DNA of 63,944 bases, the filler included, from Aduncisulcus paluster (taxonomy: Eukaryota): NCBI GenBank assembly GCA_024181965.1. It is 5 parts of 5 records of this genome, joined end to end, with 100 filler letters (N's around TTAATTAATTAA, not from the genome) between each part and the next. Parts side by side here need not be neighbours in the genome. Positions count along the whole stretch, not along the records: positions 43,499 to 62,301 come from BQXS01012621.1; 4 more parts are not named here. One strand, written 5' to 3'. The notes under the pieces are model-generated. The model ran no database searches. It worked only from the letters and a program-made list of their open reading frames with translations, and had not been told where the DNA came from. Every line of letters begins with the position of its first letter. Positions within the stretch are counted from its first letter, which is position 1. Below are positions 44,667 to 57,900 of the stretch, piece by piece. The position numbers and the translations under genes are program-made.

Positions 44667-45761
44667 TTATTTCCAGGGAAGTAGAGATAATCGTTCAGCT
44701 GCAATCGTTTCCTCGGGCATAGTAAATATAAGGGAGTAGATGCAGAAACATCGACTATTCTTCTCTTCCCACATTGATTTCCCTTCAATCTCACACAATA
44801 CAACATTATCCAAATCTATCGGAAGGAAGTACCATACAAAATCATGTTTAGGTTTTGTGAATTCATACCTTTTGTATATTTTCTTACCATCACAATCAGT
44901 GAAAGTGAAGAGAAGAGAGGGTGAACCCCAAACCTTATCCACACAGATATAAGCACCTTTCATAGGATTAGGTGATGGGAAAGGGATAGAAAGATGGGAT
45001 AAAGCTACAAAATCTTCCCCTTTTAACATTTTTTGTGCTCTTGAACTCTGATCATACTCCTCAGATTCCTTACTAAGCGAATCATCCTTGCACTTAACCA
45101 TCGAGAATGAAGGATCTACAAGCTTTGGATCATCTCGTGGAATGGGAATAGAATCTCTAGGTTTAGATTCCCTAGCTGCTTCCATAATAAACTCTGCTTT
45201 CACAGTTAGAGTTTCAGACCATAGTTTCTCTCTAGTTTCACGAGATTTGATTTCTTCAGGAGTTTCTTCTCTAATGAAAACGAGGGATAGAATATTGAAA
45301 CACTCTTCCTTTCTTCCTTTCCCTGTAATCTCACATAGAACAACATCAGAGAGGTCAATAGGAAGGAAGTACCAATGAAATCTATAAAATTCAGGAAACT
45401 CGTATTTCTTGGATGTTTTATCACCCTTTGAAGATGTGAGAGTGAAGATAAGATGTGATGGAGGTGAAAGATAACGATATAGACAGATATAAGCCCCTTT
45501 CATTGGGGAAGATGAAGAGAAAGGAATGGAGATATCGGTAAATTGTCCATCATTATGCTCTCCTTTCACCATCTTTTGTGCATAAGAACTCTGATCGTAC
45601 TTTTCATCACCTTCTTCCTTGGTTCCATCTATTGCTTTGATTGTTGGATACTCTGCACTCTTAATATTGAGGGCATCTCTAGGAATTGGACAGCAACTCA
45701 ACTCTCCTTCATGTATAAACTCAGGTTCCACAGTTTGAATAACACCAATGGATGACCTCAT
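44667..45761 (-). CDS. Lineage-expanded orphan family protein with two tandem ~170-aa domains (3' end duplicated at 44348-44617 by the gap)
   Basis: Two copies of PIPRD...YDQSS.AQKM.KGE...SIPF...PMKGAYIC...YEF...WYFLPIDL..VVLCEI.GK; paralog at 10349-11040. Confidence 0.8.
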   Translation of the reverse strand: MRSSIGVIQTVEPEFIHEGELSCCPIPRDALNIKSAEYPTIKAIDGTKEEGDEKYDQSSYAQKMVKGEHNDGQFTDISIPFSSSSPMKGAYICLYRYLSPPSHLIFTLTSSKGDKTSKKYEFPEFYRFHWYFLPIDLSDVVLCEITGKGRKEECFNILSLVFIREETPEEIKSRETREKLWSETLTVKAEFIMEAARESKPRDSIPIPRDDPKLVDPSFSMVKCKDDSLSKESEEYDQSSRAQKMLKGEDFVALSHLSIPFPSPNPMKGAYICVDKVWGSPSLLFTFTDCDGKKIYKRYEFTKPKHDFVWYFLPIDLDNVVLCEIEGKSMWEEKNSRCFCIYSLIFTMPEETIAAERLSLLPWK

Positions 45762-47194
45762 TTGAATAGAGATAGAATCTTATCTAAAAAATAAAAATAA
45801 ACAAGATAATAATAATATTTGTGAACAAACAGAATGAAAAAGATAAAACAAACAGGAAAGGAACGAAAAACGACCACACAGCACAATATAGTGAGTATAA
45901 TTGAATGTCACAGATTAAAATATGTCTTAATGTGCATTTAATAAAAGATGTGAGATATAGTAAACATACAAGTTGTTATTAACACAAACAAAACAACGAG
46001 AAGCGAATACACAACGACTCGATTGCCAATGTGACAATCTTGGAAAGTGATACCGTATAATATATACATAAAAATATATAACCATTTTCCTTGGACCATA
46101 TATTGCATGCAATCCTTGTGAATCCACTCCTGACACAAAATTTTACAAAATCTTTTCATAACTCCCGAGTTTTGTTTACATATTGGATTATAAAGTCACA
46201 AAACATGATAATTAGGTACAGTTGAAATCTGTGAATATTGTATATATATCATCGACTTCTTGGCAGAGAAGCTATACTTCGTGTTTCATTTGGTTTTCGA
46301 AAATTCGAATCGTTCTCACTCTTCTCTGCTCTTTGCTCGATTGATAAAAAAAAAAAAAAAAAAAAAAAACTAATTCAGTTTATTTGTTTGTTTTGTTTTG
46401 TTTTCACTTTGTAATTCCTTTGCAATATGTCATAGAAAGGATATAACAATAGAACAACACATATTCTTGGTGTTGGACTCATTGGTGATCTATGACCCCC
46501 ATCCAAAGTGAGTGTGAACTCATTCAGCCCAAAGATGTTGGATCCATGCTGTTAAGTTATAAGTTATCAGTTATAACCAATGAATGCCATCTTAGTCCTA
46601 ATAATACCACAAAAAAGTGTTAACTGAAAGGCCTTGCACGGTTACAACTGTGAGCTTTCAACAAAATGCTATTAGATTAACCATTTATTTTACTAAAATT
46701 TTAAATTAATGGATCGATGAGAAATTCTACCCATTGCAATGGGTTCCATTGAAAATAATGATTTATTTCGGTCAATTTAAATTAAATTTAATGGTAAACT
46801 ACTGTGCTACACTGAGAATCTGAATAAATTATAAATCAAAAGTAAAATGAAACATAAAAAAAATATAATAATAATAAACTCGTAAAAACACCCACTGCGA
46901 TTGATTCTACAGCACACATAATTGTGTCGCCATGCNNNNNNNNNNNNNNNNNNNNAGAAATTCTACCCATTGCAATGGGTTCCATTGAAAATAATGATTT
47001 ATTTCGGTCAATTTAAATTAAATTTAATGGTAAACTACTGTGCTACACTGAGAATCTGAATAAATTATAAATCAAAAGTAAAATGAAACATAAAAAAAAT
47101 ATAATAATAATAAACTCGTAAAAACACCCACTGCGATTGATTCTACAGCACACATAATTGTGTCGCCATGCACAAATAATCAGAAGCTTCTGAT

Positions 47195-50100
47195 TCAGAA
47201 GAATTCATCTCCACTGGAGCCAGTCCATTCAAAGACTTTGTTGAATCGATCCATGCAAGGTTCATAAGACTTCCGTTTCCGATGTTTCTTGCTCCCCTGC
47301 TGTGCAGTTAATGGCTCTTCTTCTCCATCAGCCATGATCAATATCTCCTCTTCTTCCTCTTCCTCTTCCTCTTCCTCTTCTTCTTCAGAATCTTCGCTAT
47401 ATACACTTCCATCAGAATCCTTCTCTTGATCTTCACTGGGCAACAAATGGGCGATTCGTTCTTTCTCTCCCATCAAAATTACACATTCTCTTGCACGGTC
47501 TTGGATACAGGGGGCTTTATCTTGCGAGAGATTCACACATAAGTCAATGAAAGAGGAATAAAGACCAAGAACATGGCCTTCTTCAAGCAACGTAGCAATA
47601 CTTTCAACAACACAATAACGAACATCTACGCTACTGCTTTTACAAGCCCGACAGAACACAGTCACAAGAAACGCAGCTCCTATTTCAGGAGGGAGGAAAC
47701 GTCCCAAGTCTCTTGCTATAAGAACTCCCGTTAGAGATGATGAATGGCGGTGTGTGGATACGTGACGAAGATTATCATTAAGAGCGTGAAACAAAGAATG
47801 AAGTTGTGGGAGATCACTGCGAATAGCCATCTCGATAGTTGATTGGAAACGGTCCCTATTATTATTAAAACGTTCAAGAACAATTCTCCAGCGTTCCTTT
47901 GTAACACGAACCCACACAGATGGTTGGTGTTGAGAGGAAGAACCACAGGAAGAAGACGCCATAAGATCGGTATCAGACAATAAATGACCAGGATGACTGT
48001 TGGAAGAAGCAAGAGGGGATCCATAACCACCATCGCTGATAATAACTTTATGCTCTAGATGTTCAGATTCCTCAGATCTCATGATGGACTCCAATACAGA
48101 ATCAAATGAAGGCAGAGTGAACTTCTGATCCATGCTGAAACGATCTCTTATAATTCTCTCGTAGTTACGGTTTGTCCGAGGTCTACCACGAGTCCCAAGT
48201 GCCTTTTCACTCTCTTCTTCTCTCCGGGCCTTTTTGGAGACAAACACTGAGTATGATAATCTTTCTTTCAGAGACGGGTACACTCCACAACTTGAAGAAT
48301 CAGAGGAATCGGATTGGCGTTTGCGTTGAGAATGAGAGGCGTCCGAGCTAGCAGAAGAAGAGTTTGAGGAATTAATAATAGGGGAAAAGGAGGAAGGAGG
48401 AGCTGAAAAAAATGGAGATATGTCACCTTCCTCTCTCTCTTCTTTCTCACCTTTGCGGGAGGATTTGTCCATTTGAATCAAAGAAGACACGTTAGATAAT
48501 TTCATTTTCTGATGTTCTTCATCCACAATCCAAGGAAGTTCACATTCTCTAAGGTTATCAATGAGTCGAATATTATTCCAACTTAGGTATACATTTGCAA
48601 ATAACATGGCGATTAACTCACAAGCACGTTTTCTAACAACAGCAGCTGGTTCAGATCCCTGAGTACACATTTTAAATAGTAACGGGAAGAAACTATGGAC
48701 TGCGATGTGAGTTTGAGTCTTTGCATTGACGACAGGGCAACAGAAGATAGAGGGAAGTATAACACAGACAAGAGCAAGCCTCAAACGCCAATGAATGGAT
48801 CCACGTGTTTCCATTTCTATACTTTTGACAACATGAAGGATCTCTTCACTAAAATTATGAGTAAATGCACTAAATAATAGGGGAATGCCACGAATGGCGT
48901 TAATGCATACGAGTTGAGACCCATCACGAAGGAATTTATCAAAGAAAACTTTAATCAGACACCTTTTGGCAGTTTTTTCGTCAAGCATATGTGCCAAAAC
49001 AGGGACATGAAGTGCCATCAAAGCTCTGATCTGATCATTTTCACAGATACATAGCCTTGCGAAAGCTGGCAAGAAATGGTTTGTCCAGGTATGAGCAAGA
49101 TCAAAGGAACACAAAATCGAAGGAAAAAGAGACGCCATCGTGAACAGGACATCATCGCTGATATTTCTATCATTAAGCGACATCAGTTTCAAAAAGTCCC
49201 CGGCTTGTGTAGAATCGGTCACAATACCGAGATCCATCACCATTCCTTCTTCTTCATCTTCGTGTTTCCCACGCTTTCTTCTCTTTCTATTGTGATATGA
49301 AGATGAACTCCCACCATGACCGTGTCCATGTCTGTGTCCATAATCATTCCCACTGTCTTCATCCTCTTCGTCTTTACCCCAACAAAACTCTTCCTCTTCT
49401 TCCTCTTCTTCTTCCTCTTCTTCTTCCTCTTCCTCTTCTTCCTCTTCTTCTTCGTCTTCATCCTCAATACCGAACGTGACCATATCGTCTTCTTCAAGAG
49501 TGATAGATAACGACGGTAAATGACAACAGCATGCCACCAGACGGAACAGAGATGACGTTAGAGGAAGAGAGAGTTGTGCACTGTAAGATGATTGTGCAGC
49601 TTGAGCAGCTTGAGCAGCTTGAGCAGCTTGAGCAGTTTGAGCAGAAGCAGAATGAGTTGCTCGATTTTTAGACATTGTTGTGTGTGTAATTGGAATGATT
49701 CGTATATCTCGTTCCTTGATGATTGTAGTGATTAACTCTTCCTCACTGGCGGCTGATAAAGTAGATGATGTTCCTGAAGCAGAGAAGAGAGAAGAAGTAA
49801 TATCAAAATGATGATTATCTTTTTTAGATTTCTTTGCAGATGATCCTTTGTGCTGAGCTTTCACTGAACTTGAGCTTTTTCCCTCATGAAAGGTAATTCT
49901 TTGAGACTCGTGGATTAATGGGGGTAAAAATGTACAATTCAAACCCTCATCCTCTTCAATAAAAGACTCTCGTTCTTGCCGTTTCTCTTCTTTTCGCCAA
50001 GCTTGACGTTTCATGACTTTTATAAACCCTCGATGTGACCGAGACGTCTCCATAACACTTAGGTTTCCAGAAGTTTGTTTCAAGTATTGAGTATATTCTG

Positions 50101-52464
50101 AAGACATACTACCTTTAGTAGATGTTGACTTATTCTTACTATTATTTGTCCATCTCTGCTTCGATGCATACTCTGACATATCGGGGATCGAATATTCTTC
50201 CTCCTCTTCTTCCTCTTCCTCTTCATCAAAACCAGAAGAACCTGGTCCAGAACTATGGCGTCTAGTATGAGTATTAGTATGAGTATTATTATTCGTTAAT
50301 ATGGGTATTTCAGGTGAACAGGCACTCTCTAAGAAAGATGCAAGGGAGATCAGAGCCTTGTCAAAGGTCATTTTATGCTCGTCAAAGACAAAGCCTTCAA
50401 GAACATCGGCAAGAAGGGTGACGCGCACTTCACGTCTAAAAATAGAAACGATAGATGGCAGAATGAGCGCCAGGCATCCCTTGATACCATATAGTCTATC
50501 GTCTCTTAGACGTTCAATTACACGCAGGAGAGCAATACGACTGAGGTAATTGTTTTCAATACCGTGAAGGTGCCCCAACGAAGCAGTGGCCGCCCGTCTA
50601 ACGCTAAAGTTTCGTTCAACATTGCAATCCTGCAGAGACATTTGTGTCGGATTGTTAATAATTAAATATAATTCTTCGGTATTGAGTTTTAGACCGCCAC
50701 CGTGCGACGACCCACCGATGAGATCTCCTCTTTCTCTCCTCTCTTCTTCATGGAAATCGTCAGGATCTGTACCAAACAAGCCCATTCCACTGCCACCAAC
50801 AGTACCTTCGTCCTCTTCTTCTTCTGTAGTTCCAAAGAGTCCGACTCCGAAGAGATCTGAACTGCTATGTCCACTTCCAGTTGTTCCGCTGCCAGTTGTG
50901 ACACCCCAAGCGTCTCCTTCTTCTTCATTCTGCCACATAACAGTGGCACCTGTTGTACTTTCGCCCCAATGAAGGTACCTCTCCACAGAAGTAGGGAGAA
51001 ACGGTTCAGAGGCCGAGGAATGTTGTAGGCTGCCGTGAGAAAGAGGGTTATCAGTCATGAGCATTAGGGTAGAGGCGTTTGAAGAGGATTGATGCAATGA
51101 AATAGAGCTTGAGAGAGAGGGAGGTAATAAAGGTTTACGGACAGGACGTCCTGTGGCCATACGTGACACAATAGGGAGAACAACTTCACATACTACGTTC
51201 GCAGGAAGGTGGTGGGAAATTTNNNNNNNNNNNNNNNNNNNNTAACAGTGGCACCTGTTGTACTTTCGCCCCAATGAAGGTACCTCTCCACAGAAGTAGG
51301 GAGAAACGGTTCAGAGGCCGAGGAATGTTGTAGGCTGCCGTGAGAAAGAGGGTTATCAGTCATGAGCATTAGGGTAGAGGCGTTTGAAGAGGATTGATGC
51401 AATGAAATAGAGCTTGAGAGAGAGGGAGTTAATAAAGGTTTACGGACAGGACGTCCTGTGGCCATACGTGACACAATAGGGAGAACAACTTCACATACTA
51501 CGTTCGCAGGAAGGTGGTGGGAAATTTCTGATATTAGTTTAACACTTGCTCGCAACATATTATGCCGAAGCGTGGCATCATAATGTTGTTGATAATAATA
51601 AGACATATTGACGACATCGAAGCCTCCTCGAACGTAATCCTCGAGAGTTTGACACATAATTGGATTGATACAGTCCCAGCCTTCCTCGCTCTCGAACATC
51701 TTGTTCAGGCGGGAATCGAAGGCAGAGCTCTCGAGCATTGACAATCCTGTTTCTAATAAACGCATTCCAACGCCGTATAACACATATTTGGACACATTTT
51801 CACTGCTTAAGAAATTGCAGAGCTCGACAGACGTTCTGATGGCTGTATCGTAGAGATCTTTGGCCTGCGAAGTAAGACCGCTGCTAGTTAAAGAAGCTAC
51901 AAGTAAAGGTAATGAAAAACGGATTGTAATATATTCGAGAGCCTCTTTTGGTGCCCAGACAGCTCGTGGAGGAAGGGATAAATTAGGATGCTTAATTGTG
52001 CCACTGTCACCACGGCGATGCCAAATGCAAGCAGCAGCATATGTTATTTCGGGTAACCGCTCCAAAATGGCACCTCTTAATAAATATACCCATTCAACGC
52101 CAAATTGTTTATAAATCATTTCTTCTTGTGCTTTGCGTAATATTTGATATTCGTATAATTCATGTTTTGGAATTCTTTCATAAGCCCATTTGGGGATATC
52201 AGAGATCCTCCTTGAAAACCCACTCGTATTATCTGGTGGCATAGGAGCTTCTGAAAAGGCGAATAATCTGGATAAAAACATAAGATATTGATGAATGTGT
52301 AAAAAGTCGTCTCTTGTCATATGTTGAATAAGGAATGGGAGTCTCTCAATAATAAACTGTCTATGTAAAAAGGTATCGAATGTGAAAAAAAAATTAAACT
52401 GATCTAGTCTCTTTGAATTATCCTTTATGCCGCAAAAGCGGAGGATTTCTTCCTTTTTATCCAT
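47195..52464 (-). CDS. Large HEAT-repeat protein, PP4 regulatory subunit 1 / PP2A-A-like; one gene split by the N gap
   Basis: ORFs 51193-52473 and 47195-51274 overlap through the ~280-bp gap duplication; HEAT motifs FSVRRAATASL, QIRALMALHVPVLAHML, FLRD..LV, WRLRLAL, VVRKRA, DVRYCV; long acidic inserts. Confidence 0.7.
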
Positions 52465-52755
52465 GTATTTCAAGAAAAGAGGCTGTTTTCTAATTCATTT
52501 GTTTCCACTTATGTTAGAAAGATATTACTGAACTGTTAATGATTGAAAACCAATTTTATTAGGGTTTTATAAAAAAAATCATTGATATTAATCGGATTTA
52601 AGGCCAAACAAAAAAATGATTGCTCATACATAAATTTCTGAATAAAATGTTTTTATTGTTTAGAAATAATATCTAGGCATTTTAACCATTTATATTGTCA
52701 AATTATCTGAGTACGATTCCGGAAGACGCAATAATCAAACTGTCTTGCGGCAATC

Positions 52756-54534
52756 ATGAAAAAGTTCGGAGATTTTGACGTTCATTCTAACCCGTCAGGC
52801 TTTGGGCCATTAGCGGAAGCCTCTTCATTTGTTGATGGGATTCCATTTTCCCCATTCTGTATGCGGACTGATAAAGTCGGTAAAATAGGTCCAATTGACC
52901 GAGCTGAACGGAAATATTTTATTCAAACGAATACAACTATTTCTTCCTTCGACTGTAGCAAATGTGTTAGCTCAGATTTCCTTTCTGATGCTCCCATTCG
53001 TGCTCGTTACAGGACTAGACTGCAGATTGTGCAAAAACAAAGTCAAAGAAGAGAACAAATGTGGCGTCGTGAGAAAGAACGTGAACGTGAGGAACGTAGT
53101 GCCCAGATGAATCGCCAAAATCCCAAGAAGCAACTTCCTCAACGTAGGAAGCGCCGCTTCTTCTGGAAACCTCAAGACGAGCGTAATTCCCGTGCTGTAC
53201 ACCCAGCTTCAGTTGTTATTAAGCCCGAATGGACTCCAATTCACTGGGATAAGTTCAATGCTTGTTCAAAATCCGTTCTCACTGTTAAAAGGCCTTATTT
53301 CAAGGATGCAGATGAATCAAGCCTTGGAACTGTTACTTCAGCAAAGAAAGGTGGAGTCGAAGCCACTGATCGTCCCAAGGATATGTTTGATGGAGCCAAG
53401 ACTAAGTATTCGACAGCCGATGATATCAAACGTATTGGAAAAGTTAAATCATATAAAAAACGTCTCGTCGAGAAGATATCTCCCAAAAACCCCTTTACTT
53501 TGGAGGATATTTCCGCCGCCCAGCACGATGCCTTTGTCAGCTCTCATGCTACTGCCACCAATGATCCCGAAATGGTTGCCATCATCGAAAAGGCTGAGCC
53601 TGGCTCCGTTTTCATGACCGACGATGTCTTCAGTATGCTTGTTCTTGCTCACCGTTCTGAATATGCTTGGGATATTGTTGTTAAGCAATTCCCTGATAAC
53701 AAGCTTGTATTTGACAAGCGTGACAAATTCAACAAGCCTGTTGAGAAGACTCTTGGTGCCCCTGTTCCACCTCAATCATATCGTTATAGTGATTTCGATC
53801 TCTTCACCCACTCTTGCTATGAGAATGTATCCACTGTCACCTTTTGTGATGAAAGACAACGTGGGTTCACTCCAAGAGACTTTGCAAAGGAATGTCTCGA
53901 GGTTAACAACTCCTTTATTCATTACTGCAGCGGTAATAAGAGAGCCGGTCATGTTTATAAGAGATATGTTCTTCCAGGTACATCTCGAATCCTTTATGTT
54001 CGTGGTTCTATTGACAGTGTTATCAGAAAAGATGGAAACGAGACTCTGTTGCGTGTTATTGCTCTTCTTGAGACTGATTTCTCCAAACAATCATCTTCTG
54101 CTGGATGGAGACATAAGTTGAAAGACAATGTCGGAAGTACATTGTTCGAGGCAGCAAAGACTGACGGTTGTAAGATTAACAGACATATCGTGAGTGCTGC
54201 CGTCTCTGGGTGTAAGGAAATTAAGATTGCTTGGGTTTCTCGTACTCTGCCAACTGACTCCAAAGAGCACTCGGTGCTTCGTGTTTCAAGCTATAAGGTT
54301 GGTCAACTTATGACTCAACTCAGTCTTAAAGAAGAGATGATATGGAAGCATGTTAATTTCTGGATCAAATTGGCTGACACTTGCATGAAGAAGCCTGAAA
54401 GCTCAGTTCCTCTCGAGGGGGCTGAAAAATCATTCGTTATCATTAGAGATCGTCTCATGCCACAATTTGGTGTGTTTAAGACAGATCTTGTGTTCCCTGG
54501 AGGCCTTGACGATGGACCTGAGAAGGCTGAATGA
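52756..54534 (+). CDS. EIF3D: Eukaryotic translation initiation factor 3 subunit D
   Basis: NPSGFGP, PFSPF...DKVGKI, SVVIKPEW, TNDP, VFMTDD...RSEYAWDIVV, FDKRD, WRHKL, IKIAWVSR. Confidence 0.9.
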   Translation: MKKFGDFDVHSNPSGFGPLAEASSFVDGIPFSPFCMRTDKVGKIGPIDRAERKYFIQTNTTISSFDCSKCVSSDFLSDAPIRARYRTRLQIVQKQSQRREQMWRREKEREREERSAQMNRQNPKKQLPQRRKRRFFWKPQDERNSRAVHPASVVIKPEWTPIHWDKFNACSKSVLTVKRPYFKDADESSLGTVTSAKKGGVEATDRPKDMFDGAKTKYSTADDIKRIGKVKSYKKRLVEKISPKNPFTLEDISAAQHDAFVSSHATATNDPEMVAIIEKAEPGSVFMTDDVFSMLVLAHRSEYAWDIVVKQFPDNKLVFDKRDKFNKPVEKTLGAPVPPQSYRYSDFDLFTHSCYENVSTVTFCDERQRGFTPRDFAKECLEVNNSFIHYCSGNKRAGHVYKRYVLPGTSRILYVRGSIDSVIRKDGNETLLRVIALLETDFSKQSSSAGWRHKLKDNVGSTLFEAAKTDGCKINRHIVSAAVSGCKEIKIAWVSRTLPTDSKEHSVLRVSSYKVGQLMTQLSLKEEMIWKHVNFWIKLADTCMKKPESSVPLEGAEKSFVIIRDRLMPQFGVFKTDLVFPGGLDDGPEKAE

Positions 54535-54917
54535 ATTTCTGCGAAGAATCATTAGAGTTTGAAATCGCTGACCAATAAACTATAATGGGATATTTCTTTA
54601 CAATAATTTCGCACAAAATTCTGATATGAGTTCAACTCAGATTTAAGTTAAAATTTAATAATTAAATTTTAATTTGTAATTTTTGAATCAAATATTCTGA
54701 GTTGAAGTAAGATCAGTGAATTCCACACTCTAATATTGGGCGAATTTGTTATTTTATTGCATATTTGTATGTTATTTTATGTTTATTTGTTTGTTTTGGT
54801 AACCAAAATTTGGTTCTTCCAGAATAACATGGTGTTCGTCTAATTTCTGTTTAAGATAATATCCATTTTGATAACGTAGTAGTTAGATATAAACTAGTTC
54901 AAAGTCTATCCTTCAAA

Positions 54918-57900
54918 ATGACTGAGCCATCTCCCACTTTTTGTAACCCTTCAATCTTGCTTGAACTCGGGAAGTTGCGTCAAGATATTTTAAGTACGTC
55001 TTCTCAAGATGCTGTAAAGATGCTTTTTAGTAGGTGTTCTGATCGTATTAAGGATATTTTTTCTAATCTCTCTTCCTCAGACTCTGAAATCAGCTCCAAT
55101 CGGGGAATTTTTATTCTTTGTTTCGATTGTTTGTCATTATTCATGAAACATAGAGTTTCCCATCCTTCTTATCTGGAGAAAGATACATATGTTGAGGTAA
55201 TCCTGGACGGCGTTTCCATTTACATCATCATGGAATCTTTCCTCTCTCAAATGATCCGAGTTGAATCTGTTCTGAGAAATGAAACTCTGGCAAAAGCGCC
55301 TAAAGAGCTAAGAAGTGAAACTGAAGCAACTCGCTTGAACTCCATCACAATAGCTCTGTTCCGGATGCTCAACATTTCAACGTGTAAAGTTAGAGTCCTC
55401 CGAAACACAATTTTGCCACAAATTTCCAAACTACTGGCCAATATATTTGCTTTTGGTCTTTCCAAGAAACTAGAAGAAACTTTCGTTGAAGACATTCTCA
55501 TGACATGCAGGACCATTGCATTCGCCAAGGACAACCTCACCAAGGACTCTCTTCTATCCATTCTTCTCCCTCATATCTTACCTTGGATGAAGAAATATCC
55601 TGACAAAAAGTTCTTTCTGCATTGGTCCAACATCTTGAAGAATCTCACTCTTGATGAGAATAACTCCAAGCCTCATGGAGATCGTTGTTCACAACTCTGG
55701 TTTGTGTTCCATCCTGTCTTGGATGTGATTAAGGATTCTGCCTCCAAAGGCATTACATTTGACGATGAAGCTGTTATTCCATGTCTATGTTTCTTTGCAA
55801 ACTTGAGTGATAGTCCTTTCCGGGCATTTGAAGTGTACGATTCTATTAAAGATGGACTTATTGATAGTTGGTTTGAAATGGTAAAGATGACAAAGAAAGA
55901 AGATGATCCCCACCGCTTGGCAACCAGATACTGGACCAATCTCATTTCAACTCTCTCCAATGTTTCATCAATTGTTCCTTCCCTAAAATGTAGATATGAT
56001 GAAATGATGTGGTGTTCCGAGAATGGAGGTCAGGCTGCCAGTCATTCTCGATATATTGATAATTGCTTCCCTTTAATGAAAAAGTGGTGTGATTTGGGGA
56101 ACAAAATTCAGACGTGTGATTCAGTTTCTAAATCTAGACTATACTATCAGTATTCTGGAGAACTTTTTTCTGTATTCTATGCTTGTCAATCAAAGAGAGA
56201 GATAAAAGATAATATGCCAGTGATTCTTATCTGCCTTAAGCTTTTGGACCTATTTATTCAACATTTTCCAGTTTCTGGAGATACTGTAATACTCCCTTTT
56301 CGCGATATTGAAAACATTATTGATACTTTCATTGACTCGATAACCAGAGTTCAAGAATCTTTGGAAGGATTCGCCGATGAGGTGTATTTTGGCATTTGTT
56401 TAAGATACACTCACTTGGCTTTACTTGAAAATAGTCACACAATGGATTCCTTCTTAACACGAGTAACTCCCTCTTTCAAACGTTTTCTGGAGGAAGGAAG
56501 TGAGGAAGAAATGGATGATAAGACCTCTCTTCGAGTTTTTGTTACTCTCTCTAACCATTGTATTTCGCCCAATTTCAAGCCTAGATTTCAAATTTTATCT
56601 CTAATTAAACCTTATGTTAGAGGGTGGCTAAGAGTTTGCGATAATGTTAGCGTTTATGCACAAATTATCCTAATTATATCTTTATGTACTACCTCAAGTG
56701 ATATTGAGTCTTTTGGAATTGTATCTCCAGAAAAATCATTAACTTCTGAAGCTTGGCCTCTTTTCTACCCAATTTTAGACGTTGTTAAGGTTAAGTCCGT
56801 TTGGGATAAAATCGTTGATGGGAATCGTAATTGTTTTGTACATTTTTTTGTTTTCTTTGCTAATCTATGTTGTAATCCCTCGCATGCCCTTGAAGTTTAT
56901 GAAAACACCAAAGATTTTCTTGATGTTTGGTTTGATACTGTCAAAACCGATAACAATAGGATGGGAATCGAGTTTTGGGCGAGACTTATTTCTATATTCT
57001 CCTCTTTTCCTTCAATTGTTTCTGGCTTATCCCCTAAATATAATACCAAAATGGAATGGTGTTTTGAGAACGGTGCCAAAAGTGAAGATTATTATCAATT
57101 CATTGATAATATAGCTTTTCGATCCCTTGATATTGTTGATCCTTTCAAAAAATGGGTCAAATTGGTTGGGGATATCAAAAAATGTCGTGATCCTGGCTCA
57201 ACTTCTACACTCTATCATAAATATCGAGATGAGATTTTCTCTCGATTTATTTCTCTCCATTCAAAGAGTGAAATTGAAGAGCACAAGCAAGAAATTACCC
57301 TTTGTGCGCAATGCTTGAATTTGTTTGTTCGTCACATTGTATCTGGAAAAGATATCGAACTTCCTTTGTATGATCTTAACCATCTGGTCGATACTTTCCT
57401 TGATCACCTTGCAAGAGTTGAAGAAGTATTGAAAGAAGCTGTTGATGGAGAATATTGTTGTATTTCTGTAATTTATTCTTTTAAAATGAGACAAACCAGG
57501 GATTCTTTCCTCCTTAAAATCCTTCCAACTTTCAAGCGTATTTTTGAGAGGGGAAGTAAGGATGAATTGGGTTTTATCAATGATCTGAAATTTAGTACTG
57601 CATTAGATTTATTGAGAACAATAAGAAACATTTCCAATTCCACTTGTACTTCCACAAAATCCCATATTTTCAATCTCATCAAACCAAATATTAAAGATTG
57701 GTTGGAAATGTATCGATCCAGTGAATTTTATGGCCATTGGATGTGTATTTTGTCTCATATAACATTAGATAAGGGGAATCCTAACAAATCCCTCTGTTCT
57801 GAAGCTTGGCCTCTCTTCCACACTGTTCTTGATGTTGTCAAGAGAGAATTTGTTGGGGATAAGATTGTTCAGGATGCTCATAATAATAATCATGATATTG

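Noticed and set aside
46729..46744. Perfect 16-bp palindrome ACCCATTGCAATGGGT seen twice
   Set aside because: The second copy is from the gap duplication; there is no LTR or gag context.
51193..52473. Separate gene upstream of the HEAT protein
   Set aside because: It overlaps the downstream ORF through the gap duplication; it is one gene.
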